A DNA stretch of 64,000 nucleotides from Torpedo marmorata (lineage: Eukaryota). The notes under the pieces are model-generated. The model was not told where the DNA came from. It did no database searches and worked only from the letters and a program-made list of their open reading frames with translations. The position numbers were made by a program, and so were the translations under genes. This document shows positions 25,250-38,600 of the stretch, one piece after another. Position 1 is the stretch's first letter. Each line of letters starts with the position of its first letter. The stretch spans positions 39,122,001 to 39,186,000 of the forward strand of contig OZ360230.1 in the NCBI GenBank assembly GCA_977017645.1. The letters are read 5' to 3'.

Positions 25250-26288
25250 TAGGCCATAAAATTGACCCCCCCATTTTTAGTGTGACATTTCAGGAAAAAA
25301 TTGTTTTTGTGTATTTACCTTCACAGCAGCAACATGTCCTCCTGCCCGCTGCACGCCGAGGCTCAGGCTGCTTCCCCCCCACCGTCCAAATGCTAATTGA
25401 TTGACAGGTGTGCCGGGACCTGCGGGCGCGCAAGGGTGGGAGGGAGAGAGCCAGGACATTGGGCAGGGCCCAGGCCCACCATCGCGGGGAGATGACAATC
25501 GATCTCTTGCTTTGAGGGGAGCGCTGGGCCTCGGTGATCAGGCTCCACGCTGAGTCTTTGTTCGAACAGATTGAACGAGGCGTGGGGGCAGGTGGCAGTG
25601 AGCGAGCGGCCTGTTGAGCTGAGCTTGAGAGGCTGCTCGCTCACTGCCACCCGCCCCCACGCCTCATTCAATTTGCTCGAGGGTCCGTGCACGTCGAACA
25701 AAGCCTGATCATCGAGGCCCAGCGCTCCCCTCAAAGCACTGTTGGTGAGAGCGAACGAGCGAGCAAGGGCGAGCGAGCGAGCGGGCAAGGGCGGGGAGCA
25801 AGCGGGCGGGCGGGGAGAGCGGATGGGCAAGGAGAGCGAGCGGGCGAAGGCGGGGAGAGAGCGGGCGAGGGCGAGCGGGCGAGGGCGAGCGGCGAGGGCG
25901 AGTGAGCAAGCGAGCGAGGGTGGGGAGAGAGCGGGCGGGCGGGGAGAGCGAACGGGCGGGGAGAGCGAACGGGCGGGGAGAAAGCGGGCGAGAGCGAGAA
26001 AGCGAGCGGGTGGGCGGGAAGAGCGAACGGGAGGGAGAGAGTGGGCGGGAAGGAGGGAGAAAGCGAGCCTTCTTACTGGGGGAAGTGAGAGGCGGCGACT
26101 CCAGAAAGCACGGGCCACTCAAGGGAAGGTGGTCCACGAAGGTGCGGGCCCGCTTCCTGGACTCCACTCGGTGCCCAAAATGGCGGCACCAAAACCAAAA
26201 TGTCACCTTTGCGAATAAGACCCGGGGTGGTTTTTGAGGCGATTTTTTTGGGAAAAAAGGGGGGTCTTATATGCTGTCAAATACGGTA
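25250..26288. mobile_element. Tigger/pogo-like non-autonomous element with GC-rich (GCGAGCGG)n low-complexity core
   Basis: Right end GGGGTCTTATA...AAATACGGTA; degenerate left end; microsatellite at 25750-26065. Confidence 0.55.
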
Positions 26289-26569
26289 GATGTAAAGCCA
26301 ATAGAAAACAGAAAACAATTTAAATAAATAAACAATTAAATGAAGTGGTTTTTTTAAATCTGCTTATGCTTTTTACAGAGGAATTTATTGATTGAAAAAT
26401 TTAACTTGCTAATTTGTCCACTAGAATAGTGCAAACAAAATCAGATCCTTTTTGTTTTGCAGTTGTTATTCTTAAAAGTAATTTGTAACATTTTCTCTTA
26501 AAGGCTGTGTTGATGTTAGAAGCAAGCAAGACTCACCACCTCCTTGTAGGAATTTAAAAGTGCTTTATA

Positions 26570-27435
26570 AGAACATAGAGCCATAAGATATAGGAGCAGA
26601 AGTACACCATTCAGCCCATCAAGTCCACTCCATTATTCCATCATGTGCTGATCCATTCTCAGCCCCACTCCTCTGCCTTCTCCTCATAACCTTCGATACC
26701 CGGACTATTGAGATACCTATTAATCTCTGCCTTAAATACACCCAATGACCCTTCCTCCACAGCTGCCTGTGGCAGCAAATTCCAAAGGTTCACCACTCTC
26801 TGGCTAAAGAAATTCCTCTGCATCTCTGTTTTAAATGGGCACCCTTCAATCCTGAAGTTGTTCCCTCTTGTCCTTGACTCCCCTAGCATGGGTAACAACT
26901 TTGCCACATCTACTCTGTCCAGGACTTTCAACATTCAAAATGCTTCTATGAGAACCCCCGTTTATTCCTTCTACCAAAGTGCATGAATGTACAATTTCCA
27001 ACATTGTATTTAATTTGCCATTTATTTGCCCATTCTCCTAAACTATCTAAATATCTCTGCAGCCTCTCTGTTTCCTCCTCACTACCTGCCCCTCCACCTA
27101 TCTTTGTATCATCTGCAAACTTAGCCACAAAGTCATTTATTCTGCAATCCAAATCATTAACATTCAATGTAAAAAGAAATGGCCCTAACACTGATCCCTG
27201 TAGTACACCACTGGTAACTTCCCATCAGCCAATGCTCTACCCATGCGAGTATCTTTCTTGTAATTCCATGGGCTCTCATTTTGTGAAGCAGCCTCAAGTG
27301 TGGCACCTTGTCAAAGGCCTTTTGAAAGTCCAAATATGGAACATCCACTGCATGTCCTTTGTCTCGCCTGCTTCTGGGTTCCTCAAAAAATTGTAGTAGG
27401 TTTGTCAGGCAAGATTTTCCCTTCAGGAAACCATG
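26570..27435 (-). mobile_element. CR1 LINE RT and 3' end with internal deletion
   Basis: HGFLKGKSCLTNLL, YLDFQKAFDKVPH, KFADDTK, FFSQRVVNLWN. Confidence 0.88.
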
Positions 27436-27548
27436 CAGACTTTGTTCCATCTTGCCATGCAAATTCATTTTTACACCAGTGTCCATCTGATAAAAGTGAG
27501 TTACCTTGTTATATATTTTCATTACAATTAGATTTGGATGCTGAATAA

Positions 27549-27780
27549 AGGGCGGCATGGTTAGCGTAGCAGTTAGTGCAATGTTGTTACAGCGCCAGCG
27601 ATCGGGACCGGGGTTCGAATCCAGCTGTCTGTAAGGAGTTTGTACATTCTCCCCGTGTCTGTGTGAGTTTCCTCTGGGTGCTCCCACCGTTCACAACGTA
27701 CTGGGGGTTGTAAGTCAATTGTGTGTAATTGGGCGGCACAGACTCGTGGGCTGAAAGGGCCTGTTACCGTGCTGCATGTT
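27549..27780 (+). mobile_element. tRNA-derived V-SINE (HE1-like)
   Basis: A box TAGCGTAGCAGTT, B box GGTTCGAATCC, V-core. Confidence 0.85.
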
Positions 27781-28800
27781 TTATGTACCGGTATGTATGT
27801 ATGTAAAGCTTGTAAATTCAAGAAGAGACCGTAACTATTTGGCAGAGCTAGTAATTGAGTGAAATGATTTGGCAATTACTTATATGGGTGTGAATAGGTC
27901 TCTTCCAATATTTAACACTCTTCAGATCACGTGAATGGTATGGGCTTGAGTGCTTAGTAACATCAGAGGAAAAAGTAATGCCGATGAAAAGCTATAATAA
28001 CTGGAGGTAGGTAGGTAGCAAAGAGACCTTGTAGTTAATAATGTGAGGATTGGAGGGAGGAGAGTCACTATGAAGAAGCAGAGAAATTGGAACCATGGTG
28101 GATTATAACAAATAGTTACTCTGGAAGAAGTTATGATTTAAAAGCACATTTTAGGAGTGTTCAAGAATGAAGAATGTAAAAAGTTACTGGATAATTAAAG
28201 ATTTTGGTAGATCCTTATGACAGTTAGTGGTTAAAGGATAAACTCATTGGGCTGAATGATTTACTTCTGCTGCTGTATCTTGACCTGGAATTGGGTCTTA
28301 GATAAAATGTATGTTTGCTGATAAATTTAACCTACTACTATTACCTCCTAAGGTCAAGGCAGTAATTCAGAGGATCTTTGAATTGCTGTGAATTTTCTTA
28401 ATCTATTTCATTAGACATAATATTTGAGAGTTTTATTATGTGCTAAAGACATATGGTGAAATATTCTGCAGACTGCCCTACAGTTTCTCCCCCATCTCAA
28501 TTGATAGAAATTCACAAACTCAAGACACATGAAATGACTAAGGATCCATCCTTTAAAAGTGCTTCAAAGACCCCTTGGAAGGAATCTGTTTGAAGATAAG
28601 CAGGGATCCTCTGAGATCAAGGAACCCCAACTGCCGATCCAACAGGAAAATGGAAACGGAGAATTACACAGAACCTGCATATAGCTATATTTTGGAGAGG
28701 AAATATGAGTTTTGTGGATATAACCTATGGGTTAGTCAGAGTTCTGATTTCATGCTCGCATTTTTCCAGTTTTATATAGGAAGCTGTAAGAATACTAATC

Positions 28801-29065
28801 TCAGAATCAGAATTTATTGTCATGAACAAGTCATGAAATTTGGTGTTTTGCGGCAGCATCATAGTGCAATTAACATTCATATTATAACCATCTTACGACA
28901 TTACTATAAAAAATTATAATTAATAGTGCACGAAAAGTAAGGCAGTGTCTTTGGTTCATTGATTATTGAGGAATCTGATGGCAGCGGGGAAGAAGCTGTC
29001 CTTGTGCCATTGAGTGCTCGTCTTTAGGCTCCTGTACCTTTTTCCCGATGGTAGCAGAGTGAAGT
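28801..29065 (-). mobile_element. Rex1/Babar LINE 3' end
   Basis: Near-identical to 4282-4548, including the tail. Confidence 0.9.
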
Positions 29066-29254
29066 ATCTGCTGGTATCTGCTGCAAATGCAATAATTGCA
29101 AAGCATGTTGTTGCTTTCAAATATGTAAGAAAGAAAAGTCTTGATCTAGATCAATAGGTCTGTGATCTATAATGCAAGTTTATGAAAGCAGCACAACACT
29201 TTCAAAAAATGATACAGATCACAACACGTTTAAATATTCAAAAGCACTGCAGTG

Positions 29255-30238
29255 TTTGTGTTTTGTTGAGAAAGTGTCAGGTTCAGTGGGTTCAAAGAGA
29301 GACGAGTCTGGACACAAGGGTTTGCAATCAAATGTAACTTTATTAACACAACAATTAATAAGAGAGAGAATTTATAAGGGAGCGTCGGAACATACGCACA
29401 CAATTTATAAGCGTGGGAACATACGCACACACAATTTATAAGCGAGCATGGGAACGTACGCGTACAATTCATAAGTGTGGGAAAATACGCGCACAATTTA
29501 TAAGGGAGCGTGGGAACAGACCGTAACGGGAAACAAACAGGGGAGAACGTCAAACAGTACACAATTATTAATACACACAGGCGCAGTCATTCGCACCCTA
29601 TAAGCAGGGGTTATACACAACCTCCCGGACCCCTGAATAAGGGAAGGTGGATCTGGTACCACTGTACCCACAGGGGTATACTCACGCTCTCAGACCCCTG
29701 ATCAGTTGAGAGGTGGATCTGACACGACTGTACCCGCAGGGGTATACATATGCTCTCGGACCCCTGATCAGTTGAGAGCGGCGGCTCTACTGCCAGTATT
29801 GATCTATAGTCATTTGAGCTATAGTAATACCACAGCTCAGCTTCAGTGCAGTGTGCACCTTACCCGCGACCCTTCCAAGCGGCGTCTGGTAGCGACCTGG
29901 CATGGAGCGGTGTCCGGGGCTATCACCACAAGGCAGAGAGAGAGAGAGTGTCCTCTGTGCTGGTGCTAAATACAGGGCTCTAGCCAATAAGGACGCTGAG
30001 TGTTTTGAACCAGCCAATGGCAAGGTGTGCACTGACCAGTGGTCTGAGCCCATTCTTAACTTGCATGCCACCTGCAATTTGTAACTTTGTCTATAACTTT
30101 GTAACTTTGAGCAGAACAATAAGTACACCATGTACTGACAGGTGGTGTGATTTCCGAATGAGTTTCAGGCGGGGGGGCCACGTGACCACTAGCAATAGGC
30201 AGGGAGCCTCCCCCACACACAACAGTTGGTTAGAGACA
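29255..30238. mobile_element. Probable solo LTR with minisatellites
   Basis: Homologous to 41874-42593 (TGTCAGGTTCAGTGGGTTCA..GAGACGAGTCTGGACAC); ~29-bp repeats at 29365-29515 and ~63-bp repeats at 29625-29778; ends approximate. Confidence 0.6.
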
Positions 30239-31829
30239 TATATTTGTAGATTCTGATTGTTCAATGCCTTTGTTATACTGAAAGATCTAGCAGAATAAAG
30301 CATGTTGAGTGAACTGGCCTTAGCGTTGATTTCATTGTTCAGACTGCTATGTTTCATGTGAAACCTGCAGGCAGCTCACATGCAACCAGTCTGACATTTC
30401 TGTCCTTCACTTCCTGTACCATTCCAATGAAGCTGCATGTAAGATCAAGGAACACAACTTCATTTTTGATTTGGCATTTTTGTACACTTCCAAACCCAAG
30501 ATTAATAATGTTTTTATCCAATTATGGGATGTGGGTATCTCAGATCCCCAACAATTTTTTTTTTCACTGAGTAAAAGCAGTAATTTTGCTGTTGCCATTC
30601 ACATCTCCACTACACTTATCTTTTATTTCCTTGTCTCCCATTACCATTCCCTTTTGCCTTGCATTTCTTTTTTTGATTAATTTCTCTTGCCTTCCCCCAA
30701 CACAGAGCCTCTCACTATTTCTTCTCTCCATTTACCTCTTTCCCACCTATGAATTTGTTTAAAACCTGTTTCATTAGTTTTTCCAATTCTGGTAGTAGGT
30801 TATTGAAATGAAGTGTTGACTCTGTCCACATATGCTTTGAGTTGTTCCAATGTTACTTGTTTTTTATTTATTCCGCAGGCAGTTGTGCTTCTCTGTTTCA
30901 GAAGAATTTGGAAGCCACCAGGTTTCTTCAGATGGTCTTGCCCAGTTGACGGTACCAAGTCTGCTGATTTGAACAGGGATCAAACACATTGATGTTTGAA
31001 ACAAGGAATGCTGCTGGCACTTGCATGGACAGCCCATGTACCTGACTAGCGACTGCTGGGATTAGGTTCTTTTTGATTATTCTTATGTAAAACTCCAATG
31101 ATATTTGGCAAAGATACATCATGAATTCCCAATATGAGCAAATTTATATTGTGAAGTTCTGCTTTGGGAAAAGATATATTGTGAAAAGCTCATTTGTTTT
31201 TGGATCCTGGCTCAGTGTTCCGTTAATTTATTTCATTTTACCGGTATTAAGGATGCCACAATTATCATTGATACTGAAAATGGTAATTCAAGTGAGAGTT
31301 ACTGATCAGTCTTAAATTAGCCCTGCTGGACAGTGTATAAGAATATGTAGAAATTGTAATACGAAGCAAGAACCAAACCATTCAGTTTGTCCATGTTTCT
31401 AATTTACTAAAAAAAAAAGAGTTCTAATTAGATTTAACCATCCTGTTCCTTTAATCACTTGTCTACGAGAAGATAGTACACAGAACAGTACAACTTAAGA
31501 ACAGGCCCATGGACCCACAATTTGATCTTAAAAGTTGTTGGTTGTTATCTCAACCACTCATCCCAAATACTTCAGAATGCTCTGTGTGAATAAATTTCAC
31601 CTGCTCTTTAGTTTACATGTCTTACTTTTAAATTTGTCCCAATGGTTATCTTTTCCTTACTTACTGGAAAGAATTTGTTTCAGTCTACCCTGTCTCAACC
31701 TTTTGGAATTTTAAATATTCACGGGATCTCTGCTCATCATATAAGGAAAGGAATTCACTAACAATCATATAGAAGAGGAAAGATATTTAATATGATGCCC
31801 CATACACTCAAACATGTTTTCTGAAATTG

Positions 31830-32222
31830 CATCAAAGCTTCAGGATCATCAAAATGGCCGAGAAGATCACTGGGGTCTCCCTTTCCTCTATTGACAACAT
31901 TTACTGGGAGCGTTGCTTAAATAGGGCTCAAATAATTATAGAAGATCTTTCCATCCAGCACACAGTATCCTTGACCCATCAAGAAGGAGGTACAGGAGCA
32001 TCAAAATCAGGACTGCCAGTCTGGGAAATAGCTTCTTCCCGCAGGCTGTGAGCTTGATGAACAGTATCCTGTAAACGAGTAAATCATCCCAAAATATTTA
32101 TTTATTTAAAATTATACTTTTATATATCTATGTGATTATTATGTGTATGTGTGTACACCGTGGTCCAGTGAAACATTGTATATGTACAGTTAGATGATAA
32201 TAAAGTTGAACTTGAACTTGAA
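31830..32222 (+). mobile_element. Degenerate Rex-like LINE 3' end
   Basis: IIKMAEKITGVSLSSIDNIY; AATAAA(GTTGAACT)n tail. Confidence 0.6.
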
Positions 32223-32339
32223 AATCTGAGTGAGGTACTTGAAGGCTGCCATCTATAACCCTAAAAATTCATGGGAAAAAATAATTATTAAAAAGCAGCT
32301 CTTCTCCATTAACCAGAAAGAAAGGTTGTTGATTGAACA

Positions 32340-32595
32340 ATATGGTTAGCACAGCAGTTAGTACCCAGTTAGTGTAGCGGATAGCGCAATACAACAACCC
32401 CAGCGGCCAGGGTTTGAATCAGTGCTGTCTGTAAGGAGTTTCTACGTTCTCCTCATGTCTGCGTGGGTTTCCTCCGGGTGCTCCAGTTTCCTCCCACCCT
32501 TCAAAACGTACGGGGGTTGCAGGGCAATTGGTTGTAATTGGGCGGCACGGGCTCGTGGGCTGGAAGGGACTGTTACCGTGCTGTATGTCTAAAAA
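32340..32595 (+). mobile_element. V-SINE (HE1-like)
   Basis: B-box-like GGTTTGAATC and V-core. Confidence 0.8.
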
Positions 32596-34020
32596 ATATA
32601 TAATCAACAAACATCATCACTCTTTAAGGAACCTGACAAATATTTTTGGCTGTATGACCATGGGGAAGAGGGAAGGTAGATGTGAGTGGTCTTTAGCCCA
32701 CTGTGCAATAGTCAGGGGTGCTGTCCTTTTGATCAGACATTAAACTTCAGTCCCATCAGCATTCTCTGATAAACATAAAATACACCAAACCATTCTTTTG
32801 AAGAGAGCAGTTATCCCCAATGTCCTGGCAAATAAATCTTGATACAGATTATTTTCATGCTTCTATTTGTTCATGTTTGCGGTGTGTGAAATGGCCATAC
32901 ATCAGAAGTAGTTCATCAACTGTAAAATGGTTTATGGTGCCCTGATGGTGTCATAGATGCTGGATAAAGATATGTCTGCTTATAAAATCTTCATATAGAA
33001 ATCTATTCTGCTTCATGCTAGGATGTACCCATGGATGAGGATGGCAAATATACCAATAAGCACCATTACATACTAAGGCTTGACCTTCAGAATTCTCATG
33101 CATTTGGTTTATTTAAGCTCTGTGCAAAAGCTCACACAGGCTGGCCCATCTACAGCAGTGCAGCTCTAGAAATGCCTGCTGAGGTCTTCCCTGGGTTAGG
33201 GCTCTGTGAGTGGATGTTAGCCAATAACACCGGACAATGAAGATTTTGCTTCCTGAACACTTGTGGGTGTATTTTATGGATCTTGGGCTGCTGATCACGA
33301 AAATCACCTTAAAACTTTCCTATCACATACCGTTTTTTAGATATAACTTATTTCTGTGATTCCTGTCATATTTTCAATGATGCTTCAAGCACACAAAACC
33401 ATGAAGTGCAACATGTCATTGAAAATTCATTTTCTGCATTCGCACTTGGACTTCTTCCCTGCTGATGTTGGTGCAGTCAGTGACGAACATGGTGAAAGGT
33501 TTCACCAGGACATTGCGACCATGGAAAAGAAGCAGGGCAACTGGAATCCATCAATGCTGGTCGACTATTGTTGGACACTTAGTCGGCCCTTTCACACCGC
33601 CGAGTACATGTGGGTTAACCGGGCAATTTACTCGGTAACTTACCTGGTAATCGTCCCAACCGGGCAGGGCAGGTCAAATTCGACCGGGCTCCGTGACCTG
33701 GGAGGGGGGTAATCTCGGAGACCGGCCGAGTTAACCCACCAATCGCCTTCTGGCGGTGTGAAAGCACAAATGGCTTACCAGGTAAGCTTCGTGACATCAG
33801 CGCCTGCGTGCGTGCGTCACATTGGCGGGAAGCTTAGCGTGCAGAGAGGAAGTGTGCAGAGAAGGTCAGTGGGAAATGTGCTTGTAATGTGTTGTACTGC
33901 AGTTTCACTTCCAGAGTTTTGATTTCAGATTATCTGTCAGAGCACAGTGCATTCTGACAGTCTGAACTGGTTGGATATTTTTTAAAAAACAGTAAAGACC
34001 TTAATTCAGCATTTCAGATC

Positions 34021-35325
34021 ATGGCTGGCAACTGATAGGATTCTGAAATCAGGGAGCTGCTCGCAATAAGGGGGAAATCCCGATGTTGGCAAGCATTTTT
34101 CACGAACCGTGAAAGATGGTCAAATGTATGAGCTGATAGTGGTCAGGCTGCAGGAAGCAGGCTTTGTGAATACCAAGACGCAGGTAATTAACAAACTTAA
34201 AAACCTGCGCAGGTCAATGACCATAATAGTGGGAGTGGCAAAGGCCGAATGGAGTGGCCTTACTTGCACTTGGCCTATCAGATTTGGGGTGTCAGTCCAT
34301 CGGCATCCTCTCTGTCCCTGCTGACTAACATGGGGAGGCCGGAGACCAGCGACAGCCCCCGTGCCAGCGAGGCAGGCACCTCCGCAGCATCATCAACCTC
34401 CTGTGACACTGGAACCCCACGGGATGGCCGCAGCGAGGCATTCACCCCCAGTGCGACCGCCGTCTCCTACGAGTCAAGTGATGCAGCTCAGGGAAGTGGG
34501 ATAGAGAACCCCCTGGAGGTGGACCCCCACAGCGAGTCGCCCTCCCACAGCGCGACACCATCTGCCAGCGCGAGGAGCCCAGAGCCCGTGCCATCAAGGA
34601 GGGAAATGACCACGGCACCTCGTGTGGCCCCAGCACGCCCAGGAGAGAGGCACATCAGGAAGACGGTAAGACTGCATTGCACATGAATACCATTTTTCCA
34701 AAGTGTCTGTTCAGTGCTTTTTTCCAAAGTGTTTGCTCAGTGTTTTTGCCCGTGAGGAGTCATGTGGCTTATTTCACATGTGTTCCATTGCTCTGCAGGA
34801 TCGGAGAGGAGGGGAAAGAGGAGGAGACCCACCAGGGCTCAGGAGGTAACCTCCGAGATGCGTGCGTTCCTGAGGGACATGGAGGACGAGGACCAGGAGC
34901 GTGACCGTGTGCGGCAGGAGAGGCGGATGGACCAGTATCGGAGCCTGCTCAGCGAGCAGCAGGGTGCGTTGGGGAGCAGCATTGACAGGTTTGCTGGCAT
35001 GCTGACGAACCTTCAGGACGATATACTTGAGCAGACCGGAGTCATGCGCGAGATGATGTGCCTGATCAGTCACTCTGTTGCACAACACCTCCGCCCACCC
35101 CAATCCGCCTTCCACCCTCTGCCCCCCCTCATTCTTCCTCTGTCTCCTTCCCAACAACATCCATCCACCCCATTTAACCAAAGACAGCACCCCCAGCAAT
35201 ACCCCCAGTACCCGCCTGCCACCCGAGCACCTGGGGAGGGCCGTAGGCCTCAATATGAGGAAGGGATTGAGTTTTTCACTCCCTCCTCTTCCTCATCCTA
35301 TCTACAATACCTGCATGAGAATTAA
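34021..35325 (+). pseudogene. Harbinger Myb/SANT-like DNA-binding protein, two exons, disabled
   Basis: MAGN**DSEIRELLAIRG..YELIVVRLQEAGF..QVINKLKNLRR; intron 34666-34798 (GTAAGA..CTGCAG); basic RRGKRRR motif; stops and frameshifts present. Confidence 0.8.
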
Positions 35326-35601
35326 GTCAGGGCACCAGATGTTCTTGTACTGTGTAAGTTTTTTTTATTGCAGCACAGTCAAACAAATTCTTCTAAGGTT
35401 TATGGTTACAAATGTTTGTTATAATAAGTTTTTAACCTTTTATACCTTTAACATTTGTGATTTGCACTATGTGTCTTGTTAAATTTTGCACTACAGTTGC
35501 AGTTCCACCTTCTACCTCTTTTGCATTTGTGATTTGCACTACTTGCCTTGTTACATTTTGCAATAAAGTGGAACTTAAAAGCTATATTGTTTGCCTGATG
35601 T

Positions 35602-38600
35602 TTACATAGTGGACATAATAGCCTCGCGGATAGTATGGGCACCATGCGCTTTTGACCCCCGAATAGGATCTCTCTCTGGCTGAGGGAGAACCTGTTCCTC
35701 AGTAATGTTCCACTCTGGCAAGACGTGATCCTTGTTAATCTCACATATATTATGCAGGATACAACAGGCAATAACAACATCAGACACGAAAGCGGTCCTG
35801 ATGTCCATTCGCTTGCTCAAACACCTCCAGCGACCTTTGAGCCGTCCAAAGGCATTCTCCACCACTATCCGTGCTGAGCTCAGACGCTTTTTGAATTTGC
35901 GCTTCTGCTGATTGCGAGCTCGGTGTTGAGTAAACCCCTTCATCAGCCAATTCCTGAGGGGGTAGGCAGGGTCACCGATCAGATGTGTGGGGATTTCCAC
36001 GTCGTCAACGCACATGGATACCTGTAACCAGAGCAAAGCAGAGTTGTGAGTGTCTCATACAGCTCACCCGTAGGTTTTTCATACACACATTTGTGACCAT
36101 TCCGTGCACATGTTGCAAGGGGACACATTACATATGTTTGAGCTACGCGCACATCACTGTCCAGTGAGGTATATTTACTTACTTCCCATGGGAACTGATA
36201 CCCGCCTGCATCCTCAGCCTTCCTGTAAATGGGCGAGTTGGCTAAAGCTCGAGCATCGTGGGTGCGGCCAGGTCAACCCACATACACATCAATGAAGCTG
36301 AAACCACAAAAGCACAATGCATTGATTGTCATACCGAAGACACTCATTGGCGCAGACTGATAATTTTAGCGAAGTCAAGATGTTCCTTACCTACATTTTT
36401 GAATGCAATAATTACAGTTATACCTAAAAAAGACAGATGTATTGAAAACTGAATCATATAGACCTATTTCATTGCTAAATGTAGATTATAAGATAATGGC
36501 AAAAACTTTAGCAAATAGAATGGCTAATTAATCCATGTAGATCAAGCTGGTTTTATTAAAAATAGATATTCAAAAGATAATATAGCTAGATTAATTAGTT
36601 TAATTAATGTGTATAAAAAGAAGGAAGATTTACCATTAGTATTAACGCTAGATGCTGAAAAGGCTTTTGATAGATTAGAGTGGAATTTTTTATTTAAGGT
36701 ATTGGAGAAATTTGGTTTCGGGACTACATTTATTAATTGGATTAAAACTATATATAAAGAACCATCTGCTAAAGTAATTACAAATGGACAAATTTCTTCA
36801 AGATTTCCCCTGACTCGATCTACTAGACAAGGATGTCCTTTGTCACCAGCGTTATTTACTTTGGCGATAGAACCTTTGGCAGAATTAGTTAGAAAAGATG
36901 TTAAAATTAGTTTATTTGCAGATGATGTATTGATATATATGACAAAACCTACTACATCTTTAGTACAATTGTCTGCTTTATTGAGTGAGTATGGGGAAAT
37001 ATCTGGATATAAAATTAACTCTGATAAAAGTGAAATTATGGCATTATCACAAGGGGATTATAGTAAATGTAAAGAAATTACACAATTTAAATGGGCAAAA
37101 GAAGGAATTAAATATTTGGGAATAAAGATTGATACAAAATTGGCTAATTTATATAAATTAAATTATCTACCATTGTTTATGAAAATAAAAAAAGATTTGG
37201 AAAATTGGAAAGATTTACCTATAACTTTAATGGGAAGAGTAAATTGTATTAAAATGAATGTTTTTCCAAGAATTCAATATCTCTTTCAATCAATTCCTTA
37301 TGAAATTCCTCAAAAATTTTAAAAAGATTTAAATTCAATTATTAGGAAATTTTTATGGAAAGGAAAGTTGGCAAGGGCAGGTATAGAAAAATTAACTTGG
37401 AATTATGAAATGGGTGGTCTACAACTTCCTAATTTTCAAAATTATTATAAAGCAGCTCAATTAAAATTTATTAATGAATTTTTTGATTTAACTAAATCTT
37501 CTGCTTGGATTAGAATAGAATTAAATAATATAGGAGAAGATTCTAAGGAAGAAGTTATTTATAAATGGGATTCTAAATTAATATCAACAAAAAGGAAAAA
37601 TTCTCCTATTCTTAAACATCTGTTAGAAATTTGGAGTAAGACGGATAAAGAAATAGGAGGAAAAGGAACGATTTCTCCTAAGATGCCTTTATATCAAAAT
37701 GAACTTATTCCATTTACTATTAATAATCAATTATTTAAAATTTGGTTTCAAAAAGGAATTAAGAAAATAAATGACTGTTTTGAAGCTGGGAAATTTATTA
37801 CTTTTCAAAGAATGAAAGATAAATTTGATATATTGGATAATACACTTTTTGCTTATTATCAAATTAGAGCATTTTTGGTTGAGAAATGAGATTATAGTTT
37901 GATTTTACCAAGACAGAACGAATTAGAACTATTAGTTACTAAAGGAGATGTAAATAAATTTATTTCACAAATGTATAAATTGTTTCAGAGGAAAACCCTT
38001 AAAGTAGGAATTCATAAATCAAGATTAAAGTGGGAATTAGATTTGAACGTAACAATAGATGAAAATCATTGGAAAGAATTATGTAAATTAAGTATGACGA
38101 AGATTATTAATGTTAGATATAGATTAGTACAATACAATTTTTTTCATCAATTATATTTAACACCTAAAAAATTAAAGAAATTTAATCCGACATTATCAGG
38201 TTTATGTTTTAGATGTAATAAGGAGGAAGGTTCTTTTGTACACTCTACATGGTTTTGTCCAAAAGTTTATGATTTTTGGTTGAAAGTTAAAAAATTTTTA
38301 GATAAAGTATTTAAGATTATATTCCCAATGGACCCTATGTTATATTTATTTGCAGATATTAAAAAACTTAGTATTAAGATGAAATTAAATATGTATCAAA
38401 TACAATTTTTGCGAATTGATTTAGCTGTTTCAAAGAAATGTATTGCTATTACTTGGAAATCTGATGTAGATTTAGGGTTAGAAAGATGGCATGCAGAACT
38501 TCGTTCATGTATACCACTTGAAAAAATTACTTACAATTTACATAATAAGTATCATTTCTTTTAAAAAATTTGGAGCCCATATATGAAAGTTGTTGGTTTA

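Noticed and set aside
25393-26237. Several long Arg/Ser/Pro/Ala-rich ORFs on both strands
   Set aside because: They arise from a stop-poor GC microsatellite inside a Tigger-like element.
27549-27630. tRNA gene
   Set aside because: The A/B boxes belong to a SINE head that continues into the V-core and is multi-copy in the window.
29365-29778. Tandem repeats as a CRISPR-like array (also 10790-11210, 21536-22152, 42465-42585)
   Set aside because: Contiguous degenerate units without unique spacers, inside LTR/MITE sequence in a eukaryote, with no cas genes.
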